Source: a plasmid. Taken from it: 4,996 nt of DNA. Under the pieces are notes generated by a model. That model ran no database searches, was not told the DNA's origin, and worked only from the letters and a program-made list of their open reading frames with translations. Location: assembly GCF_055900595.2 (NCBI RefSeq), contig NZ_JBVWEU010000010.1. The stretch is one strand, 5' to 3'. Below, in pieces: positions 1 to 4,599 of this stretch; the stretch's first letter is position 1, and each line of letters opens with the position of its first letter. The translations under genes and the position numbers were made by a program.

Positions 1-139
1 ATGCACGAACCCCCGTTCAGTCCGACTGCTGCGCCTGTTCCGGTAACTTTCGACTTGAGTCCAACCCGGAAGGCACGACAAAACGCCACTGGCAGCAGCC
101 ACTGGTAAGGGGTGTACAAGAATTACTGGTGCAGAGTTC

Positions 140-169
140 TTGAAGTTACAGCCTAACTACAGCTAAACT
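140..169 (+). promoter_or_regulatory. RNA I promoter (-35 TTGAAG 140-145, -10 TAAACT 164-169)
   Basis: TTGAAG is identical to the pMB1 RNA I -35 and sits in the conserved agagttcttgaag context; 18-bp spacer to TAAACT. Hexamers read directly from sequence; function inferred. Confidence 0.55.
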
Positions 170-175
170 GAAAGG

Positions 176-280
176 ACAGATTTGGTGGCAGCGGTCTTGT
201 ACACCCTGTTACCACGGTTCAGAAGTTCCCCAACTTACTGATCCTTCGAAAAACCACCTCCCCAGGTGGTTTTTTCGTTT
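176..280 (+). ncRNA. RNA I antisense copy-number control RNA (ColE1-type)
   Basis: Starts at ACAGA (cf. pMB1 ACAGTATTTGG) about 7 nt downstream of a TAAACT -10 box; ends at an intrinsic terminator (stem accacct 253-259 / aggtggt 264-270, then a T-run). Length ~105 nt and position relative to the RNA II promoter match ColE1 RNA I. Stem-loop sequences differ from pMB1. Confidence 0.75.
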
Positions 281-290
281 ACAGAGCAAA

Positions 291-319
291 AGATTACATC
301 CCGCAGGTTAGGATCTCAA
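291..319 (-). promoter_or_regulatory. RNA II primer promoter (-35 TTGAGA = rc of 314-319, -10 TAATCT = rc of 291-296)
   Basis: Reverse complement of ggatctcaagaagatcc..agatta gives TTGAGA - 17 bp - TAATCT, the same hexamers and spacing as the pMB1 RNA II promoter (ggatctcaagaagatcc is conserved). Confidence 0.6.
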
Positions 320-495
320 GAAGATCCTTTTAATCGGAATTCGACAACTCCAGATAAGTCATGGTGAGCCAGCCAACCCCTTCGACTGAATATCGTTCCA
401 AAAAAAGGCAGTCAGCTGAAAGAAACTAACAGTAGAACAATAATCTCTAGTACCCTGAATCTAAGCTAACAACAAAACTAGATTAGGAGTTATAG

Positions 496-1554
496 ATGGC
501 GATCTATGCCGTATGGAATAACAAGGGTGGTGTAGGGAAAAGTTACCTTACTTTTCAGTTAGCCTCTGAATATGCCAGACAGAACCCTACTAAAAAGGTC
601 CTGGTGGTTGACCTGTGCCCACAAGCGAACTCGTCCTCTATGTTACTTGGTGGAATGATAAATGGCGAAAACACACTAAACCAGATTCATTCAGCAATAC
701 AGAGAAAGACAATATCTGGATATATTGAGGATAGGATCAGAAGTCCATATATTCCTACCAACACTGGTTCTAGCTATGTAATAAATGTATCTACACACAA
801 TAGTAAAGTTCCAAATAATCTATATCTTGTCACTGGCGATGAACAATTAGAACTCCAAGCATCAAGAGTTGTTGGGGCATCATTTCCAGGTCCCCATGAT
901 GCATGGCGTACTGTTCACCTCTGGATTAATGATTTAATCAGTGACATTTGCAACTCATGGAATAATGAAGATAGCTGCGTATTCATTGACTGCAACCCTA
1001 GCTTCTCTATTTATACAGAGTTAGCTTTAACCGCAGCAGAGCGCCTTTTAATTCCTTTCTCTGCCGATGGTTCATCAAAGAGAGCAGTTAAGGCTGTACT
1101 TTCTTTAGTTTATGGTGAGCGTCGCCATCAGAATGAACCACAATCAGATTTCTATCTTAATAGCAATCGTTATTCTATGTCGCTACCACAAATATATATG
1201 TATGTTGGAAATAGATTAACGCAAATGAACAATTCATCTGCCAGTGCATTTAAGACGGTAGTAACCGAAATTGGTGATGAAATTTGGAAAGTATGGCAAA
1301 CAAAACCAAGTCTGTTTTGTATTCACCCAAATGGGAGCTCAACGCCAAATAATAAAAGATCTTTCAGGAATATGTTTCAGTATGAAGTAAATGATGCAAA
1401 CACAGCATCTGTCGTATCTGGAGCCTTAGGTATTCCAATCGCGACATTAACTGCAGGAAATAAAACTGTTTCAGGAAAAATAATAAAGGTTAATCAGACG
1501 CAGCTAGATAAACAAGTCCCCAACATTGTAGCTCTCGCTGGTATGATCGAATAA
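496..1554 (+). CDS. ParA/MinD/Soj-superfamily P-loop ATPase, 352 aa, with ~90-aa C-terminal extension of unknown function
   Basis: ATG preceded by AGGAG (484-488, 7-nt spacer). Deviant Walker A KGGVGKS at residues 10-16 (nt 523-543); ParA-type VLVVDLCPQANSS segment; Walker B-like CVFID (nt 976-990) followed by NPSFSIYTELALTAAERLLIPFSAD. Long uninterrupted ORF ending at a strong intrinsic terminator. AT-rich compared with the backbone. No symbol assigned because the specific family is not recognised. Confidence 0.85.
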   Translation: MAIYAVWNNKGGVGKSYLTFQLASEYARQNPTKKVLVVDLCPQANSSSMLLGGMINGENTLNQIHSAIQRKTISGYIEDRIRSPYIPTNTGSSYVINVSTHNSKVPNNLYLVTGDEQLELQASRVVGASFPGPHDAWRTVHLWINDLISDICNSWNNEDSCVFIDCNPSFSIYTELALTAAERLLIPFSADGSSKRAVKAVLSLVYGERRHQNEPQSDFYLNSNRYSMSLPQIYMYVGNRLTQMNNSSASAFKTVVTEIGDEIWKVWQTKPSLFCIHPNGSSTPNNKRSFRNMFQYEVNDANTASVVSGALGIPIATLTAGNKTVSGKIIKVNQTQLDKQVPNIVALAGMIE

Positions 1555-1556
1555 AA

Positions 1557-1590
1557 TAGCAAGGCCCTTAAAAGGGCCTTTTTTTATTTG
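1557..1590. terminator. Bidirectional intrinsic terminator between convergent genes
   Basis: Perfect 7-bp GC-rich stem aaggccc (1561-1567) / gggcctt (1574-1580) with 6-nt loop, followed on the plus strand by a T-run (1581-1585 and beyond) and flanked on the minus strand by a weaker U-rich stretch. Lies 3 nt after the ParA-like stop and just after the stop of the 1584-1841 minus-strand ORF. Confidence 0.7.
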
Positions 1591-1841
1591 TTTTTCTTTA
1601 CTGCTTGCAGCGCCCTGCCAGCACTAGAGGCCAACTCTTTGATTACATTATCTTTACTTTCAACAACCTCAGTAAGCAACTCGTTTTCGTTTTCCAGTTT
1701 ATTCAAAGCGTTCTGAGTATCTTCAATAGCATCATCATACCCTTCGGCATAGCCATCCATCCAACCAAGAGTATACGTTTGGTCCAAAAGATCAGCTTGC
1801 TTATCCTGCAGATCTTTATTCTGATTATTGTTAGAGCCCAT
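1584..1841 (-). CDS. Small acidic hypothetical protein, 85 aa (D/E/N/Q-rich, probably helical)
   Basis: ATG at 1841 preceded on the minus strand by TGAGGAAAAAAC (GAGG about 8 nt upstream); ends at the shared terminator. The plus-strand antisense ORF (1605-1901) starts with TTG, lacks an SD and is hydrophobic, so the minus-strand reading is preferred. No recognisable family. Confidence 0.6.
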   Translation of the reverse strand: MGSNNNQNKDLQDKQADLLDQTYTLGWMDGYAEGYDDAIEDTQNALNKLENENELLTEVVESKDNVIKELASSAGRALQAVKKNK

Positions 1842-2016
1842 GTTTTTTCCTCATTTGTTGGCGCATCTGAGTTTTCAAACCAGGAGGAATTCCATTTCTA
1901 AGTTTCTCACTTAGTCTGACTGGTGGTGTGTTTCCTGAGACTGGATTACAGTCAGCATCCACCCCGACATCTTTCTTTTTATAGTCGCCAATATTCCTAA
2001 CGTTATCTGTAGTCAT
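1831..2016 (-). CDS. Possible small basic protein, 61 aa, overlapping the start of the 85-aa ORF by 11 nt
   Basis: ATG at 2016 downstream of the AT-rich divergent promoter region; its last codons contain the SD of the next ORF (translational-coupling geometry). No convincing SD of its own and no recognisable motif; may be only a 5' leader. Confidence 0.3.
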   Translation of the reverse strand: MTTDNVRNIGDYKKKDVGVDADCNPVSGNTPPVRLSEKLRNGIPPGLKTQMRQQMRKKHGL

Positions 2017-2179
2017 AGAAAACCACGCCCATTGCTGTGAATAACCGAACTATAAACCAGAAAAAAAACGTACGGCTTATCATAACACTTGACACAAAAA
2101 AACACCGCTACTCTCCAAGCAAAAAACATAAAATTGGAAAAACAAAATCACAAGCACATGATAACAATAGATATTAATA

Positions 2180-2207
2180 TTTACTTACATTTAGTGAGTT
2201 TTATAAT
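2180..2207 (+). promoter_or_regulatory. Candidate sigma70 promoter for the 143-aa ORF (-35 TTTACT 2180-2185, -10 TATAAT 2202-2207)
   Basis: Exact TATAAT hexamer with a 16-bp spacer to a TTTACT -35-like hexamer, ~50 nt upstream of the ATG at 2259, inside a 240-bp AT-rich divergent intergenic region. Prediction by eye only. Confidence 0.35.
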
Positions 2208-2258
2208 TAGAAAAACAATGTAATTTAATAATCACAAACATTACCTAAGGACGAACTG

Positions 2259-2690
2259 ATGAAAATACCCGCGCATTTGAAGCATAAACCAATTATTCAA
2301 GTCGAAAATTACGACCGCATTGACGGCCCACATGCCGATGACACTGATGCTATGGGGCTATCTGTAGGTATTGCTCAATGGAACACTCCTGGATGGACTG
2401 AGCTTTCGGCAAAGGTTTGGCGAAACACAGGAGAAAAATGGTCAAGACAATCAGAAGAGCTGCCTCTTCACCGGGTAATCGACCTTGCAACTCTGATCTG
2501 TATCACCATGGACTACAGTAAAAATGGGCGACTTTCATCCAGTGATGATTTTCCCGTGACTCGCTCAACTGATAACCCTGAGCTAGCACATCACACTGAG
2601 TTTATGAAAAAAGAGTTAAAACAAAATAAAAGCAATCTTGATGTAAGCCTCAAACGCCTCTCGACTGAATTGAAGAGACTTGGCTATTAA
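2259..2690 (+). CDS. Hypothetical protein, 143 aa, unknown function
   Basis: ATG preceded by TAAGGA (2246-2251, 7-nt spacer); candidate promoter upstream; ORF ends 38 nt before the first Xer-like site. No recognisable catalytic motif; C-terminus is K/E/L-rich. Confidence 0.65.
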   Translation: MKIPAHLKHKPIIQVENYDRIDGPHADDTDAMGLSVGIAQWNTPGWTELSAKVWRNTGEKWSRQSEELPLHRVIDLATLICITMDYSKNGRLSSSDDFPVTRSTDNPELAHHTEFMKKELKQNKSNLDVSLKRLSTELKRLGY

Positions 2691-2727
2691 AACTAGCTTT
2701 AGAAATGTCTACCTACTTCACAGACGA

Positions 2728-2755
2728 ATTTACCATAACATCCGTTTTTCGAACC
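2728..2755 (-). other. XerC/XerD-type site-specific recombination site (cer/dif-like, 6-bp central region), site 1
   Basis: Minus-strand reading GGTTCGAAAAA-CGGATG-TTATGGTAAAT (11-6-11). The XerD arm is identical to the cer XerD arm TTATGGTAAAT; the XerC arm matches consensus GGTGCGnAnAA at about 7 of 11 positions. Shares an identical 20-bp core (aatttaccataacatccgtt, 2727-2746) with site 2. Confidence 0.6.
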
Positions 2756-2760
2756 ATAAT

Positions 2761-2778
2761 GGCAGGCTATAGCCTGCC
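2761..2778. repeat. Perfect 18-bp palindrome ggcaggctatagcctgcc
   Basis: The sequence equals its own reverse complement; lies between Xer-like site 1 and the stop codon (2784) of the 134-aa minus-strand ORF. No strong T-run, so a terminator role is uncertain; could be a protein-binding site. Confidence 0.5.
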
Positions 2779-2783
2779 GTAAT

Positions 2784-3188
2784 TCACCGGAAAAAATCAT
2801 CCACAGAGTCGCTCCACTCATGCCCGGAAAGAGACCACACCTTGTTTATAGGGGGAGGATAACCACTCCTGCAGTACCCGTTTTTTCCCACGAAATCGAA
2901 TGCCCCGTGCGGGTATCCATTGATCAGGAGTACGCACTTCTGACTGTCTTCTGACCAGCCAATTTTAACATCAGAAGGAATGTGACCGTCTGAAACGTCT
3001 TCGGCATTGTAGATGTGTACTGCGTCCATAATCGGGTTTCCCTCGACGGACTCATCGAGCGCATAGAAATACCCGGTCCGGCCATCGTCTTCGAACACGG
3101 CGGCCAGCATGCCCTCAGGAGCGAGGCTCTTTATAACCTGTTCCTCCCCGACAACGAGCTGGGCCTGTATCGTCACTAAAATGGTCAT
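2784..3188 (-). CDS. Hypothetical protein, 134 aa, GC-rich, cargo of the Xer-bounded cassette
   Basis: ATG at 3188 with AAGGAG about 10 nt upstream on the minus strand; the ORF fills almost all of the interval between the two Xer-like sites. No motif recognised. The overlapping 70-aa minus-strand ORF (3115-3327) is judged spurious. Confidence 0.6.
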   Translation of the reverse strand: MTILVTIQAQLVVGEEQVIKSLAPEGMLAAVFEDDGRTGYFYALDESVEGNPIMDAVHIYNAEDVSDGHIPSDVKIGWSEDSQKCVLLINGYPHGAFDFVGKNGYCRSGYPPPINKVWSLSGHEWSDSVDDFFR

Positions 3189-3245
3189 CAGGTCTGTTCT
3201 CCTTTCCTTGGTTGCTTCGGCAGCCAGCTTTCAGACAAGCGGATA

Positions 3246-3273
3246 ATTTACCATAACATCCGTTATCAGCATC
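3246..3273 (-). other. XerC/XerD-type site-specific recombination site (cer/dif-like), site 2; candidate plasmid multimer-resolution site
   Basis: Minus-strand reading GATGCTGATAA-CGGATG-TTATGGTAAAT; central region and XerD arm identical to site 1, XerC arm about 8 of 11 to consensus. About 300 bp of GC-rich sequence with no credible ORF lies on its XerC side (3274-3580), where cer-type accessory sequences would be expected. Confidence 0.6.
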
Positions 3274-3594
3274 GTCAGAAACGCGCTGAGGGCGTTTCTG
3301 ACGGGAAACCGGTAAAACAGGCAACAAACCACCCGAAAACCCGCCAGAAACGCGCAGGCTCTGTTTTTATGGCATGCATGAGTATGCACGCAAGTGCATA
3401 GCGCGAATATTCACGCCATTCAGACAGGGTAAGTCCTGTTTCCGGCGTTCTTCCCATCCGAAAACGGTGAACGGGGACGCAATTTATTGCGTGGCCGTGA
3501 AGCGTTGCCGGCGCAGCCGGAAAACCGGTTTTCAGCACGTTCAGGAATCGGGTTCGTCGACGGCCGGCAATCACGTTATGGCAAGTCGCCGGAC

Positions 3595-3784
3595 GACTCA
3601 CCACACGATTCACCGGCGACTCTGCACTAGAGTCGTACCTAGAGTCGCCGCGACTAAAAAACAACCAAACGGGGAGTCGGGTCTAGAGTCGGGTCGTTAT
3701 TAACTCATTGTTTTTATAGCCCTGAGTCGTTACCGACTCTATGACGACTCGCCGGGGACTCTATGACGAGTCGTCATAGAGTCG
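3595..3784. repeat. Array of 12 GAGTC/GACTC motifs (11 as the hexamer GAGTCG/CGACTC), including two pairs of tandem 12-bp repeats and nested inverted repeats
   Basis: Counted directly: GAGTC at 3630, 3642, 3674, 3686, 3724, 3768, 3779; GACTC at 3595, 3618, 3735, 3746, 3757. Tandem ctagagtcg at 3627 and 3639; tandem gagtcgggtc at 3674 and 3686; 13-bp gactctatgacga at 3735 and 3757 (direct) and 3771 (inverted). Chance expectation for a 5-mer on both strands in ~190 bp is under 1. Confidence 0.7.
3757..3783. repeat. 27-bp perfect palindrome gactctatgacgagtcgtcatagagtc (13-bp arms around a central G)
   Basis: Every position i pairs with position 28-i; sits at the end of the GAGTCG array, immediately before an AT-rich stretch (3786-3860). 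Confidence 0.75.
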
Positions 3785-3982
3785 GATCTATATAAATAAA
3801 ATTTAAAAAACGAAATCTCAGGAAAGTAAACTACTGATATTAAATACAAATCTGCAAAATTTTAATTTTGCGTGGGGTGTGGGTATTTTTAGTGGTGAGG
3901 AGCGTTCAGAGATCTGACTATTTTTGGGAAGGTTCAGGAACTCCCCGGGATGGCCGGAGAGGAAAACTGAAGCATGACAGGG

Positions 3983-4384
3983 TCAGGATTTTTTCCAGAA
4001 TTTCCACCATGGCGCCGGGGATTCAGTTAATTTTGCCTGGTGATTTTCAAGAAGGAGCATGGCCTGTTTCAGGCTGTCAATGTGCGAATCTTTGGACAAA
4101 AGTAAAGTGTTCAGGTGTTCAATCTCCTGTTTCAGATGACGAATCACCTGTTCACACTGGTCAACAGAGGCTGTATCGCGCTGTTCAGAGACCTGTCCAG
4201 AATGGTGTTCACCCTTCAGTTGTTCAAAGGGACCAAAGACACGTAAAAGCTCTGAAGTATCTACCATTTTTGCATTGCGCTCACCGCTACAGGTGGACAG
4301 GTCACCTGCTTTAATTAACCTGTGCAGTGTTGTTCTACTCTTACCCGTCAGTCGGGCTGCCTCACTAATAGACACTCTGGCCAT
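3983..4384 (-). CDS. HTH DNA-binding protein (excisionase/MerR-like HTH_17-type N-terminus) with C-terminal coiled-coil-like region, 133 aa
   Basis: N-terminus SISEAARLTGKSRTTLHRLIKAGDLS fits the excisionase-family HTH pattern (EAAxLxGxSxxTxxRLIxxGxL); the C-terminal half is heptad-like and Q/E/L-rich. Start ATG overlaps the rop stop (TGATG at 4382-4386), implying co-transcription and translational coupling. Its antisense 148-aa ORF is Arg-rich and judged spurious. Confidence 0.7.
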   Translation of the reverse strand: MARVSISEAARLTGKSRTTLHRLIKAGDLSTCSGERNAKMVDTSELLRVFGPFEQLKGEHHSGQVSEQRDTASVDQCEQVIRHLKQEIEHLNTLLLSKDSHIDSLKQAMLLLENHQAKLTESPAPWWKFWKKS

Positions 4385-4575
4385 CAGTTACCATCCTGTA
4401 ATGCATCCAGTCTCGAGGACAGTGTACGGAAAAGATGCTCCGCATCATCGTGGAGTTTCTCACAAAGGTCGGCCTCGACATCAAGATCAAGCTCGTTAAG
4501 CTTCTCCAGCAGGAGCAGAGATTGATGCTGGATGAATTTAGCCATGTTCAGCGCTGTTTTCTGTTGTTTCGTCAT
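4384..4575 (-). CDS. rop: Rop/Rom RNA I-RNA II interaction modulator, 63 aa
   Basis: Translation MTKQQKTALNMAKFIQHQSLLLLEKLNELDLDVEADLCEKLHDDAEHLFRTL... closely matches ColE1/pMB1 Rop (MTKQEKTALNMARFIRSQTLTLLEKLNELDADEQADICESLHD..., recalled from memory), with identical length of 63 aa; located just downstream of the origin in replication direction. Confidence 0.9.
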   Translation of the reverse strand: MTKQQKTALNMAKFIQHQSLLLLEKLNELDLDVEADLCEKLHDDAEHLFRTLSSRLDALQDGN

Positions 4576-4599
4576 AAGAGGCCTCAGAGCGTCAGTGCT

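Larger units (their letters stand above)
1..284 (-). ncRNA. RNA II replication primer precursor, 5' portion (ColE1-type); continues at the far end of the window
   Basis: Bases 1-330 align by eye to the pMB1/ColE1 ori segment (gcacgaacccc..gttcag..ccggtaact..cttgagtccaacccgg..ccactggcagcagccactggtaa..agagttcttgaag..cctaactac). Established knowledge: RNA II is transcribed on the strand opposite RNA I and starts just beyond the RNA I 3' end. 5' end position is approximate. Confidence 0.75.

Noticed and set aside
496-1841. Canonical type I partition operon (parA-parB)
   Set aside because: No codirectional downstream gene follows the ParA-like gene; the neighbouring small gene is convergent and separated by a terminator, so a classical parAB operon is not supported.
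1605-1901. 98-aa plus-strand ORF antisense to the 85-aa acidic protein gene
   Set aside because: Begins with TTG immediately after the terminator with no Shine-Dalgarno; its hydrophobic I/L/F-rich translation is what an antisense read of an A-rich coding strand produces. The minus-strand ORF has an ATG with a good SD.
3115-3327. 70-aa minus-strand ORF overlapping the start of the 134-aa ORF and Xer site 2
   Set aside because: Arg/Gly/Cys-rich low-complexity translation, no RBS, runs through the Xer-like site; typical spurious ORF in GC-rich DNA.
3401-3417. Canonical ArgR ARG box within the putative Xer accessory region
   Set aside because: Only an 8-bp GAATATTC palindrome is present, without the 4-bp A/T spacer of the TGAAT-wwww-ATTCA consensus; insufficient to call an ARG box.
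3563-3590. Third Xer-like site suggested by ttatggcaagt
   Set aside because: Matches the XerD arm at only about 8 of 11 positions and no acceptable XerC arm can be placed 6-8 bp away.
3275-3703. Overlapping 129-aa (minus) and 109-aa (plus) ORFs in the GC-rich stretch
   Set aside because: Both are Arg-rich, mutually antisense and lack ribosome-binding sites; the region is better explained as noncoding (possible Xer accessory sequence plus the start of the GAGTCG array).
3595-3784. Possibility that the GAGTCG repeat array is a CRISPR array
   Set aside because: Repeat unit is only 5-13 bp, spacing is irregular (12 bp and other distances), copies occur in both orientations and there are no spacer-like unique segments of uniform length.
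3868-4314. 148-aa plus-strand ORF
   Set aside because: Fully antisense to the 133-aa HTH protein gene, which has a recognisable DNA-binding motif and translational coupling to rop; the plus-strand translation is Arg-rich with no motif.
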